From the human T2T-CHM13v2.0 reference genome, Homo sapiens, in NCBI RefSeq assembly GCF_009914755.1, contig NC_060933.1: a DNA stretch of 64,000 nt, one strand, 5' to 3'. Made by a program: the position numbers and the translations under genes. Below are positions 29,701 through 44,100 of the stretch, piece by piece; within the stretch, counting starts at the first letter, position 1; each line of letters opens with the position of its first letter. Under the pieces are notes generated by a model. It was given only the letters and a program-made list of their open reading frames with translations. It searched no databases and was not told the DNA's origin.

Positions 29701-32470
29701 CCATTCCATTCCCTTCCATTCCACTCTGGTTGATACCATTCCTTTCCATTCCACTCGAATACATTCCCTCCTATTCCACTCGGAACGATTCCATTCCATT
29801 CCATTCCATTCCATTCCATTCCATTCCATTCCATTCCATTCCATTTCGTTCCATTCCATTCTATTCCGTATCATTCCATTCCATTCCATTCCATTGTACT
29901 CGGGTTGATTCCATTCCATTGCATTCCATTCCATTCCATTCCGTTGCATTCCATTCCATTACATTCGGATTGATTCTATTCAACTCCCTTACTTTCCATT
30001 ACATTCCACTCCATTCGGGTTGTTCCATTCCATTCCATTCCATTCCACTCCATTCCATTGCACTGGGGGTGACTCCATTCCATTCCATTCCATTCCATTC
30101 CGGATGATTCCATTCCATTGCATTCCATTCCATTACATTCCCCTGCACTCGCGTTGATTCCATTCCATTCCATTCCATTCCATTCAATTCGATTCCATTA
30201 CAATTCGTTCCATTCCATTCTATTCCGTACCATTCCATTCCATTCCATACCATTCCATTCCATTCCATTCCATTCCATTCCGTTCCATTCCGTTCCATTC
30301 CATTCCATTCCATTCTATTCGGATTAATTCCATTCCATTCCATTCCGTTCTATTCCATTCCATTGCAATCGAGTTGAATACATTGCATTTCATTCCATTC
30401 CATTCCATTCCATTCCATTCCGTAAGATTCCATTCCATTGCATTCCATTCCATTCCATTCCCCTGCACTCGCGTTGATTCCGTTCCATTCCATTCCATTC
30501 CATTCCATTCCATTCCGTTCCATTCCATTCCATTCCATTCCATTCCATTCCGTTCCTTTCCATTCCATTCCATTCCATTCTATTCGGGTTAATTCCATTC
30601 CATTCCATTCGATTGCAATCGAGTTGATTCCATTCCATTCCATTCCATTCCATTCCATTCCATTCCATTCCATTCCTTTCCATTCCATTACGGATGATTC
30701 CATTCCATTGCATTCCATTCCATTCCATTCCCCTGTACTCGGGTTGATTCCATTCCATTCCATTCCAATCCATGCCATTCCACTCGTGTTGATTCCATTC
30801 TTTCCATTCCATTCAAGTTGAATCCATTCCATTGCATTCCATTCCATTCGATTCCATTCGATTGCACTCGGGTTGATTCCATTCCATTGCATTCCATTCC
30901 ATTCCATTCCATTCCATTCCATTCCATTCCATTCCATTCCATTCCGTTCCATTCCATTCCATTACATTCGGATTGATTCTATTCAATTCCCTTACACTCC
31001 ATTACATTCCATTCCATTCGGGTAGTTTCCATTCCATTCCATTCCATTCCTCTCCATTCCATTGCACTCGGGTTGATTCCATTCCATTGCATTCCATTCC
31101 ATTCCATTAAATTCCGTTCCGTTCCATTCCATTCCATTACATTCGGATTGATTCTATTCAACTCCCTTACTCTCCATTACATTCCATTCCATTCGGGTTG
31201 TTCCATTCCATTCCATTCCATTCCACTCCATTCCATTGCACTCGGGTTGATTCCATTCCATTCCATTCCATTCCATTCCATTCCGGAAGATTCCATTCCA
31301 TTGCATTCCATTCCATTCCATTCCCCTTCACTCGCGTTGATTCCATTCCATTCCATTCTATTCCATTCCATTCCCTTCCTTTCCGTTCCATTCCATTCCA
31401 TTCCATTCCATTCCATTCCGTTCCGTTCCATTCCATTCCATTCCATTCTATTCGGGTTAATTCCATTCCATTCCATTCGATTGCAATCGAGTTGATTCCA
31501 TTCCATTCCATTCCATTCCATTCCATTCCTTTCCATTCCATTACGGATAATTCCATTCCATTGCATTCCATTCCATTCCATTCCCCTGTACTCGGGTTGA
31601 TTCCATTCCATTCCATTCCAATCCATGCCATTCCACTTGTGTTGATTCCATTCTTTCCATTCCATTCAAGTTGAATCCATTCCATTACATTCCATTCCAT
31701 TCGATTCCGTTCGATTGCACTCGGGTTGATTCCATTCCATTGCATTCCATTCCATTCCATTCCATTCCATTCCATTCCATTCCGTTCCATTCCATTCCAT
31801 TACATTCGGATTGATTCTATTCAATTCCCTTACACTCCATTACATTCCATTCCATTCGGGTAGTTTCCATTCCATTCCATTCCATTCCTCTCCATTCCAT
31901 TGAACTCGGGTTGATTCCATTCCATTGCATTCCATTCCATTCCATTCCATTCCATTCCGTTCCATTCCATTCCATTACATTCGGATTGATTCTATTCAAC
32001 TCCCTTAGTCTCCTTTACATTCCATTCCATTCGGGTTGTTCCATTCCATTCCATTCCATTCCACTCCATTCCATTGCACTCGGGTTTCTTCCATTCCATT
32101 CCATTCCATTCCATTCCATTCCATTCCGGAAGATTCCATTCCATTGCATTCCATTCCATTCCATTCCATTCCATTCCATTCCATTCCGGAAGATTCCATT
32201 CCATTGCATTCCATTCCATTCCATTCCCCTACACTCGCGTTGATTCCATTCCATTCCATTCCATTCCATTCCATTCCATTCCATTCCATTCCTTTCCGTT
32301 CCATTCCATTCCATTCCATTCCATTCCAATCCATTCCATTCCGTTCCGTCCCGTTCCATTCCATTCCATTCCATTCTATTCGGGTTAATTCCATTCCATT
32401 CCATTCCATTGCAATCGAGTTGATGCCATTCCATTCCATTCCATTCCATTCCATTCCATTCCATTCCTTT
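23800..32470 (+). repeat. Tandem duplication of a ~4.33-kb unit (~23800-28110 and ~28110-32470)
   Basis: ORF pairs at offset 4312-4362 (23805/28117, 24973/29295, 25408/29730, 26711/31073, 27549/31911). Differences are mostly pentamer copy number. Confidence 0.92.
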
Positions 32471-33979
32471 CCATTCCATTACGGATGATTCCATTCCATT
32501 GCATTCCATTCCATTCCATTCCTCTGTACTCGGGTTGATTCCATTCCATTCCATTCCAATCCATGCCATTCCACTCGTGTTGATTCCATTCTTTCCATTC
32601 CATTCAAGTTGAATCCATTCCATTGCATTCAATTCCATTCCATTCCCCTGCAGTCGGGTTGTTTCCATTCCATTCCATTCCATTCCATTCCATTCCATTC
32701 CATTCCATTCCGTTCCGTTCCGTTCCATTCCATTCCATTCCATTCTATTCCGGTTAATTCCATTCCATTCCATTCCATTCCATTCCATTCCATTCCAGTC
32801 GAGTTGATTCCATTCCATTCCATTCCATTCCATTCCACTCCATTCCAGTCCTTTCCATTGCATTCCACTCGGGTTAATTCCAATGTATTCCTTTGCATTC
32901 CATTCCATTCCATTGCAATCGAGTTGATTCCATTGCGTTGCATTCCATTCCATTCCATTCCATTCCGGATTATTCCATTCCATTGCATTCCATTCCATTC
33001 CATTCCCCTGCACTCGGGTTGATTCCATTCCATTCCACTCCATTCCGTTCCATTCCATTCCATTGCAATGTATTCGGGTTAATTCCATTCCATTCCATTC
33101 CATTCCATTCCATTCCATTAAAATCGAGTTGATTCCATTCCATTCCATTCCATTCCAGTCCTTTCCATTGCATTCCTCTCGGGTTGATTCCATTCTATTA
33201 GTTTCCATTCCATTCCATTCCCTTCCATTCCACTCTGGTTGATTCCATTCCTTTCCATTCCACTCGAATATTTTCCCTCCTTTTCCACTCGGAACGATTC
33301 CATTCCATTCCATTCCATTCCATTCCATTCCATTCCATTCCATTCCATTCCGTTCCATTCCATTCTATTCCGTATCATTCCATTCCATTCCATTCCATTC
33401 CATTCCATTCCATTGTACTCGGGTTGATTCAATTCCATTGCATTCCATTCCATTCCATTCCATTCCATTCCGTTGCATTCCATTCCATTACAATCGGATT
33501 GATTCTATTCAACTCCCTTACTCTCCATTACATTCCATTCCATTCGGTATGTTCCATTCCATTCCATTCCATTCCACTCCATTCCATTGCACTCGGGTTG
33601 ATTCCATTCCATTCCATTCCATTCCATTCCATTCCATTCCGAATGATTCCATTCCATTGCATTCCGTTCCATTACATTCCCCTGCACTTGCGTTGATTCC
33701 ATTCCATTCCATCCCATTCCATTCCATTACAATTCGTTCCATTCCATTCTATTCCGTACCATTCCATTCAATTCCATACCATTCCATTCCATTCCATTGC
33801 ATTCCATTCCGTTCCATTCCGTTCCATTCCATTCAATTCCATTCTATTCGAATTAATTCCATTCCATTCCATTCCATTCCATTCTATTCCATTCCATTGC
33901 AATCGAGTTGAATCCATTGCATTTCATTCCATTCCATTCCATTCCATTCCATTCCGGAAGATTCCATTCCATTGCATTC

Positions 33980-36345
33980 CATTCCATTCCATTCCCCTGC
34001 ACTCGCGTTGATTCCATTCCATTCCATTCCATTCCGTTCCGTTCCATTCCATTCCATTCCATTCCATTCCATTCCTTTCCGTTCCGTTCCATTCCATTCC
34101 ATTCCATTCTATTCGGGTTAATTCCATTCCATTCCATTCGATTTCAATCGAGTTGATTCCATTCCATTCCATTCCATTCCATTCCATTCCATTCCATTCC
34201 TTTCCATTCCATTACGGATGATTCCATTCCATTGCATTCCATTCCATTCCATTCCCCTGTACTCGGGTTGATTCCATTCCATTCCATTCCAAGCCATGCC
34301 ATTCCACTCGTGTTGATTCCATTCTTTCCATTCCATTCAAGTTGAATCCATTCCATTGCATTCCATTCCATTCGATTCCATTCGATTGCACTCGGGTTGA
34401 TTCCATTCCATTGCATTCCATTCCATTCCATTCCATTCCATTCCATTCCGTTCCGTTCCATTCCATTCCATTTCATTCCATTCCATTCCCCTGCACTCGC
34501 GTTGATTCCATTCCATTCCATTCCATTCTATTCCATTCCATTCCATTCCTTTCCATTCCAGTCTTTTCCATTCCATTCCACTCGGGTTGATTCCATTCTA
34601 TTAGTTTCCATTCCATTCCATTCCCTTCCATTCCACTCTGGTTGATTCCATTCCTTTCCATTCCACTCGAATACATTCCCTCCTATTCCACTCGGAACGA
34701 TTCCATTCCATTCCATTCCATTCCATTCCATTCCATTCCATTCCATTCCATTCCATTCCATTCCATTTCATTCCATTCCATTCTATTCCGTATCATTCCA
34801 TTCCATTCCATTCCATTCCATTCCATTCCATTCCATTCCACTCGTGTTGATTCCATTCCTTTCCATTCCATTCGGTTTGAAGGCATTGCATTCCATTCCA
34901 TTCCATTCCATTCCATTCCATTCCATTCCATTCCATTCCATTGTACTCGTGTTGATTCCATTCCATTGCATTGCATTCCATTCCATTCCATTCCATTCCG
35001 TTGCTTTCCATTCCATTACATTCGGATTGATTCTATTCAACTCCCTTACTCTCCATTACATTCCATTCCATTCGGGTTGTTCCATTCCATTGCATTCCAT
35101 TCCACTCCATTCCATTGCACTCGGATTGATTCCATTCCATTCCATTCCATTCCATTCCGGATGATTCCATTCCATTGCATTCCATTCCATTCCATTCCCC
35201 TGCACTCGCGTTGATTCCATTCCTTTCCATTCCATTCCGTTCCGTTCCATTCCATTCCATTCCATTCCATTCCATTCCATTCCATTCCTTTCCGTTCCGT
35301 TCCATTCCATTCCATTCCATTCTATTCGGGTTAATTCCATTCCATTCCATTCGATTTCAATCGAGTTGATTCCATTCCATTCCATTCCATTCCATTCCAT
35401 TCCATTCCATTCCTTTCCATTCCATTACGGATGATTCCATTCCATTGCATTCCATTCCATTCCATTCCCCTGTACTCGGGTTGATTCCATTCCATTCCAT
35501 TCCAAGCCATGCCATTCCACTCGTGTTGATTCCATTCTTTCCATTCCATTCAAGTTGAATCCATTCCATTGCATTCCATTCCATTCGATTCCATTCGATT
35601 GCACTCGGGTTGATTCCATTCCATTGCATTCCATTCCATTCCATTCCATTCCGTTCCATTCCATTCCATTTCATTCCATTCCATTCCCCTGCACTCGCGT
35701 TGATTCCATTCCATTCCATTCCATTCTATTCCATTCCATTCCATTCCTTTCCATTCCAGTCTTTTCCATTCCATTCCACTCGGGTTGATTCCATTCTATT
35801 AGTTTCCATTCCATTCCATTCCCTTCCATTCCACTCTGGTTGATTCCATTCCTTTCCATTCCACTCGAATACATTCCCTCCTATTCCACTCGGAACGATT
35901 CCATTCCATTCCATTCCATTCCATTCCATTCCATTCCATTCCATTCCATTCCATTCTATTCCGTATCATTCCATTCCATTCCATTCCATTCCATTCCATT
36001 CCATTCCATTCCATTCCACTCGTGTTGATTCCATTCCTTTCCATTCCATTCGGTTTGAAGGCATTGCATTCCATTCCATTCCATTCCATTCCATTCCATT
36101 CCATTCCATTGTACTCGGGTTGATTCCATTCCATTGCATTGCATTCCATTCCATTCCATTCCATTCCGTTGCTTTCCATTCCATTACATTCGGATTGATT
36201 CTATTCAACTCCCTTACTCTCCATTACATTCCATTCCATTCGGGTTGTTCCATTCCATTGCATTCCATTCCACTCCATTCCATTGCACTCGGATTGATTC
36301 CATTCCATTCCATTCCATTCCATTCCATTCCGGATGATTCCATTC
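33980..36345 (+). repeat. Tandem duplication of a ~1.2-kb unit (~33980-35175 and ~35175-36345)
   Basis: Private variants each occur twice: cgatttcaatcg (~34139/35352), ccaagccatgcc (~34289/35502), aggcattgc (~34881/36059), cgttgctttcc (~34999/36167). Confidence 0.9.
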
Positions 36346-37329
36346 CATTGCATTCCGTTCCATTACATTCCTCTGCACTCGCGTTGATTCCATTCCATTC
36401 CATTCCATTACAATTCGTTCCATTCCATTCTATTCCGTACCATTCCATTCCATTCCATACAATTCCATTCCATTCCATTCCATTCCATTCCATTCTATTC
36501 CATTCCATTGCAATCGAGGTAAATCCATTGCATTTCATTCCATTCCATTCCATTCCATTCCGGAAGATTCCATTCCATTGCATTCCATTTCATTCCATTC
36601 CCCTGCAGTCGCGTTGATTCCATTCCATTCCATTCCATTCCATTCCATTCCGTTCCGTTCCATTCTATTCCATTCCATTCCATTCCTTCCGTTCCGTTCC
36701 ATTCCATTCCATTCCATTCTATTCGGGTTAATTCCATTCCATTCCATTCGATTGCAATCAAGTTGATTCCATTCCATTCCATTCCATTCCATTCCATTCC
36801 GTTCCATTCCATTCCTTTCCATTCCATTACGGATGATTCCATTCCATTGCATTCCATTCCATTCCATTCCCTTGTACTCGGGTTGATTCCATTCCATTCC
36901 ATTCCATTCCATTCCATTCCATTCCATTCCATTCCTTTCCGTTCCATTCCATTCCATTCCATTCCATTCCATTCCATTCCGTTCCGTTCCGTTTCATTCC
37001 ACTCTATTCCATTCTATTCCGGTTAATTCCATTCCATTCAATTCGATTGCAATCGAGTTGATTCCATTCCATTCCATTCCATTCCATTCCATTCCATTCC
37101 ATTCCTTTCCATTCCATTACGGATGATTCCATTCCATTGCATTCCATTCCATTCCATTCCCCTGTACTCGGGTTGATTCCATTCCATTCCATTCCAATCC
37201 ATGCCATTCCACTCGTGTTGATTCCATTCTTTCCATTCCATTCAAGTTGAATCCATTCCATTGCATTCCATTCCATTCGATTCCATTCGATTGCACTCGG
37301 TTTGATTCCATTCCATTGCATTCCATTCC

Positions 37330-40300
37330 ATTCCATTCCATTCCATTCCATTCCCTTCCATTCCACTCTGGTTGATTCCATTCCTTTCCATTCCACTCGA
37401 ATACATTCCCTCCTGTTCCACTCGGAAAGATTCCATTCCATTCCATTCCATTCCATTCCATTCCATTCCATTCCATTCCATTCCATTCCATTCCATTTCG
37501 TTCCATTCAATTCTATTCCGTATCATTCCATTCCATTCCATTCCATTCCATTCCATTCCATTCCATTGTACTCGGGTTGATTCCATTCCATTGCATTCCA
37601 TTCCATTCCATTCTATTCCATTCCGTTGCATTCCATTCCATTACATTCGGATTGATTCTATTCAACTCCCTTACTCTCCATTACATTCCATTCCATTCGG
37701 GTTGTTCCATTCCATTCCATTCCATTCCACTCCATTCCATTGCACTCGAGTTGATTCCATTCCATTCCATTCCATTCCATTCCATTCCATTCCGGATGAT
37801 TCCATTCCATTGCATTCCGTTCCATTACATTCCCCTGCACTCGTGTTGATTCCATTCCATTCCATTCCATTCCATTCAATTCCATTCCATTACAATTCAT
37901 TCCATTCCATTCTATTCCGTACCATTCCATTCCATTCCATTCCATTCCATTCCGTTCCATTCCGTTCCATACCATTCCATTCCATTCTATTCGGATTAAT
38001 TCCATTCCATTCCATTCCATTCCATTCCATTCCATTCTATTCCATTCCATTGCAATCGAGTTGAATCCATTGCATTTCATTCCATTCCATTCCATTTCAT
38101 TCCATTCCGGAAGATTCCATCCCATTGCATTCCATTCCATTCCATTCCCTTGCACTCGCGTTGATTCCATTCCATTCCATTCCATTCCATTCCGTTCCGT
38201 TCCATTCCATTCCATTCCTTTCCATTCCATTCCGTTCCGTTCCATTCCATTCCATTCCATTCTATTCGGCTTAATTCCATTCCATTCCATTCGATTGCAA
38301 TCGAGTTGATTCCATTCCATTCCATTGCATTCCATTCCATTCCATTCCATTCCATTCCTTTCCATTCCATTACGGATGATTCCATTCCATTGCATTCCAT
38401 TCCATTCCATTCCCCTGTACTCGGGTTGATTCCATTCCATTCCATTCCAATCCATGCCATTCCACTCGTGTTGATTCCATTCTTTCCATTCCATTCAAGT
38501 TGAATCCATTCCATTGCATTCCATTCCATTCGATTCCATTCGATTGCACTCGGGTTGATTCCATTCCATTGCATTCCATTCCATTCCATTCCATTCCATT
38601 CCATTCCTTTCCATTCCGTTCCATTCCATTCCATTACATTCGGATTGATTCTATTCAATTCCCTTACACTCCATTACATTCCATTCCATTCGGGTAGTTT
38701 CCATTCCATTCCATTCCATTCCTCTCCATTCCATTGCACTCGGGTTGATTCCATTCCATTGCATTCCATTCCATTCCATTCAATTCCATTCCGTTCCATT
38801 CCATTCCATTACATTCGGATTGATTCTATTCAACTCCCTTACTCTCCATTACATTCCATTCCATTCGGGTTGTTCCATTCCATTACATTCCATTCCACTC
38901 CATTCCATTGCACTCGGGTTTATTCCATTCCATTCCATTCCATTCCATTCCATTCCATTCCGGAAGATTCCATTCCATTGCATTCCATTCCATTCCATTC
39001 CACTGCACTCGCGTTGATTCCATTCCATTCCATTCCATTCCATTCCATTCCATTCCATTCCATTCCATTCCTTTCCGTTCCGTTCCATTCCATTCCATTC
39101 CATTCCAATCCATTCCATTCCGTTCCGTTCCATTCCATTCCATTCCATTCCATTCTATTCGGGTTAATTCCATTCCATTCCATTTGATTGCAATCGAGTT
39201 GATTCCATTCCATTCTATTCCATTCCATTCCATTCCATTCCATTCCTTTCCATTCCATTACGGATGATTCCATTCCATTGCATTCCATTCCATTCCATTC
39301 CCCTGTACTCGGGTTGATTCCATTCCATTCCATTCCAATCCATGCCATTCCACTCGTGTTGATTCCATTCTTTCCATTCCATTCAAGTTGAATCCATTCC
39401 ATTGCATTCCATTCCATTCCATTCCCCTGCAGTCGGGTTGATTCCATTCCATTCCATTCCATTCCATTCCATTCCATTCCATTCCATTCCATTCGGGTTA
39501 ATTCCATTCCATTCCATTCCATTCCATTCCAATCGAGTTGATTCCATTCCATTCCATTCCATTCCACTCCATTCCGGATGATTCCATTCCATTGCATTCC
39601 ATTCCATTCCATTCCCCTGCACTCGGGTTGATTCCATTCCATTCCACTCCATTCCGTTCCATTTCATTCCATTCCATTGTATTCGGGTTAATTCCATTCC
39701 ATTCTATTCCATTCCATTCCATTCCATTACAATCGATTTGATTCCATTCCATTCCATTCCATTCCAGTCCTTTCCATTCCATTCCACTCGGGTTGATTCC
39801 ATTCTATTAGTTTCCATTCCATTCCATTCCCTTCCATTCCACTCTGGTTGATACCATTCCTTTCCATTCCACTCGAATACATTCCCTCCTATTCCACTCG
39901 GAACGTTTCCATTCCATTCCATTCCATTCCATTCCATTCCATTCCATTCCATTACATTCCAATCGAGTTGATTCCATTCTATTCCATTCCACTCCATTCC
40001 AGTCCTTTCCATTCCATTCCACTCGGGTTGATTCCAATATATTCCTTTCCATTCCATTCCATTCCATTGCAATCGAGTTGATTCCATTGCTTTGCATTCC
40101 ATTCCATTCCATTCCATTCCGGATGATACCATTCCATTGCATTCCGTTCCATTCCATTCCCGTGCACTCGGGTTGATTCCATTCCATTCCACTCCATTCC
40201 GTTCCATTCCATTCCATTGCATTGTATTTGGGTTAATTCCATTCCATTCCATTCCATTCCATTCCATTACAATCGAGTTGATTCCATTCCAGTCCATTCC

Positions 40301-41150
40301 GTTCCAGTCCTTTCCATTCCATTCCTCTTGGGTTCATTCCATTCTATTAGTTTCCATTCCATTCCATTCCCTTCAATTCCACTCAGGTTTTTTCCATTCC
40401 TTTCCATTCTACTCGAATACATTCCCTCCTATTCCACTCGCAACGATTCCATTCCATTCCATTCCATTCCATTCCATTCCATTCCATTCCATTCCATTTC
40501 GTTCCATTCCATTCTATTCCGTATCATTCCATTCCATTCCATTCCATTCCATTCCATTCCATTCCATTCCATTCCATTGTACTCGGGTTGATTCAATTCC
40601 ATTGTATTCCATTCCATTCCATTCCATTCCATTCCGTTGCATTCCATTCCATTACATTCGGATTGATTCTATTCAACTCCCTTACTCTCCATTACATTCC
40701 ATTCCATTCGGGTTGTTCCATTCCATTCCATTCCATTCCACTCCTTTCCATTGCACTCGGGTTGATTCCATTCCATTCCATTCCATTCCATTCCATTCCA
40801 TTCCATTCCGGATGATTCCATTCCATTGCATTCCGTTCCATTACATTCCCCTGCACTCGCGTTGATTCCATTCTATTCCATTCCATTCCATTCAATTCCA
40901 TTCCATTACAATTCGTTCCATTCTATTCTATTCCGTACCATTCCATTCCATTCCATTCCATTCCATTCCGTTCCATTCCGTTCCATTCCATTCCATTCCA
41001 TTCTATTCGAATTAATTCCATTCCATTCCATTCCATTCCATTCTATTCCATTCCATTGCAATCGAGTTGAATCCATTTCATTTCATTCCATTCCATTCCA
41101 TTCCGGAAGATTCCATTCCATTGCATTCCATTCCATTCCATTCCCCTGCA
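37330..41150 (+). repeat. More diverged copy of ~4370-7710
   Basis: Shared markers in the same order: cctcctgttccactcgg 4436/37409, ttccatcccattgc 5101/38116, ccaatatatt ~6592/40034, gttgattcaattcc ~7135/40587, cgaattaat 7556/41008. Confidence 0.7.
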
Positions 41151-44100
41151 CTCGCGTTGATTCCATTCCATTCCATTCCATTCCATTCCATTCCATTCCA
41201 TTCCGGATGATTCCATTCCATTGCATTCCGTTCCATTACATTCCCCTGCACTCGGGTTGATTCCATTCCATTCCATTCCATTCCATTCCATTCCATTCCA
41301 CTCCATTCCATTCCATTCCATTCCATTCCAATTCTTTCCATTCCATTCTATTCCGTACCATTCCATTCCATTCCATACAATTCCATTCCATTCCATTCCA
41401 CTCCATTCCGTTCCGTTCCGTTCTCTTCCGTTCCATTCCATTCTATTCCATTCTATTCGGTTTAATTCCATTCCACTCCATTCCATTCCATTCCATTCTA
41501 TTCCATTCCATTGCAATCGAGTTGAATCCATTGCATTCCATTCCATTCCATTCCATTCCATTCCATTCCATTCTGGAAGATTCCATTCCATTGCATTGCA
41601 TTCCATTCCATTCCATTCCATTCCCTTCCATTGCATTCCATTCCATTCCATTCCATTCCATTCCATTCCATTCCATTCCATTCCATTCCATTGTACTCGG
41701 GTTGATTCCATTCCATTGCATTCCATTCCATTCCATTCCATTCCATTCCATTCCATTCCATTCCATTCCGTTCCATTCCATTCCATTACATTCGGAATGA
41801 TTCTTTTCAACTCCCTTATTCTCCATTACATTCCATTCCTTTCGGGTTGTTCCATTCCATTCCATTCCATTCCACTCCATTCCATTGCACTCGCGTTGAT
41901 TCCATTCCATTCCATTCCATTCTATTCCATTCCATTCCATTCCCGAAGTTTCCATTCCATTGCATTCCATTCCATTCCATTCCCCTGCACTCACGTTTAT
42001 TCCATTCCATTCCATTCTATTCCATTCCATTCCCTTCCTTTCCGTTCCATTCCATTCCATTCCATTCCATTCCCCTGTACTCGGGTTGATTCCATTCTAT
42101 TCCATTCCAATCCATGCCATTCCACTCGTGTTGATTCCATTCTTTACATTCCATTCAAGTTGAATCCATTCCATTGCATTCCATTCCATTCCATTCCATT
42201 CCATTCCATTCCGTTCCATTCCATTCCATTACATTCGGATTGATTCTATTCAATTCCCTTACACTCCATTACATTACATTCCATTCGGGTAGTTTCCATT
42301 CCATTCCATTCCATTCCATTCCATTCCTTTCCGTTGCATTCCATTCCGTTCCAATCCATTCCATTCCGTTCCGTTTCGTTCCATTCCATTCCATTCCATT
42401 CTATTCGGGTTAATTCCATTCCATTCCATTCGATTGCAATCGAGTTGATTCCATTCCATTCCATTCCATTCCATTCCATTCCATTCCATTCCTTTCCATT
42501 CCATTACGGATTATTCCACTCCATTGCATTCCATACCATTCCATTCCCCTATACTCGGGTTGATTCCATTCCATTCCATTCCAATCCATGCCATTCCACT
42601 CGTGTTGATTCCATTCTTTCCATTCCATTCAAGTTGAATCCATTCCATTGCATTCCATTCCATTCGATTCCATTCGATTGCACTCGGGTTGATTCCATTC
42701 CATTGCATTCCATTCCATTCCATTACATTCCATTCCATTCCGTTCCATTCCATTTCATTACATTCAGATTGATTCTATTCAATTCCCTTACACTCCATTA
42801 TATTCCAATCCATTCTGGTTGTCTCCATTCCATTCCATTCCATTTCACTCCATTCCATTGCACTCGGGTTGATTCCATTGCATTCCATTCCATTGCATTC
42901 CATTCCATTCCATTCCGGATGATTCCATTCCATTGCATTCCATTCCATTCCATTCCCCTGCACTCGGGTTTTTTCCATTCCATTCCATTACATTACATTC
43001 CGTTCCATTCCATTCCATTCCATTCGGATTGATTCTATGCAATTCCCTTACACTCCATTCCGTTCCATTCCATTTGGGTAGTTTCCATTCCATTCCATTC
43101 CATTCCTCTCCATTCCATTGCACTCGGGTTGATTCCATTCCATTCCATTCCATTCCATTCCATTACATTACATTACATTACATTCCATTCCGTTCCATTG
43201 TACTCGGGTTGATTCCATTCCATTGCATTCCATTCCATTCCATTCCATTCCATTCCCTTCCTTTCCGTTCCATTCCATTCCATTCCATTCCATTCCCCTG
43301 TACTCGGGTTGATTCCATTCCATTCCATTCCAATCCATGCCATTCCACTCGTGTTGATTCCATTCTTTCCATTCCATTCAAGTTGAATCCATTCCATTGC
43401 ATTCCATTCCATTCGATTCCATTCGATTGCACTCGGGTTGATTCCATTCCATTGAATTCCATTCCATTCCATTCCATTCCGTTCCATTCCATTCCATTAT
43501 ATTCGGATTGATTCTATTCAATTCCCTTACACTCCATTACATTCCATTCCATTCGGGTAGTTTGCATTCCATTCCATTCCATTCCTCTCCATTCCATTGA
43601 ACTCGGGTTGATTCCATTCCATTGCATTCCATTCCATTCCATTCAATTCCATTCCGTTCCATTCCATTCCATTACATTCGGATTGATTCTATTCAACTCC
43701 CTTACTCTCCATTACATTCCATTCCATTCGGGTTGTTCCATTCCATTCCATTCCATTCCACTCCATTCCATTGCACTCGGGTTGATTCCATTCCATTCCA
43801 TTCCATTCCATTCCATTCCATTCCATTCCGGATGATTCCATTCCATCGCATTCCATTCCATTCCATTCCCCAGCACTCGCGTTGATTCCATTCCATTCCA
43901 TTCCATTCCATTCCATTCCATTCCTTTCCGTTCCATTCCATTCCATTCCAATCCATTCCATTCCGTTCCATTCCTTTCCATTCCATTCCATTCCATTCTA
44001 TTCGGGTTAAATCCATTTCATTCCATTCGACTGCAATCGAGTTGATTCCATTCCATTCCATTCCATTCCATTACATTCCTTTCCATTCCATTACGGATGA

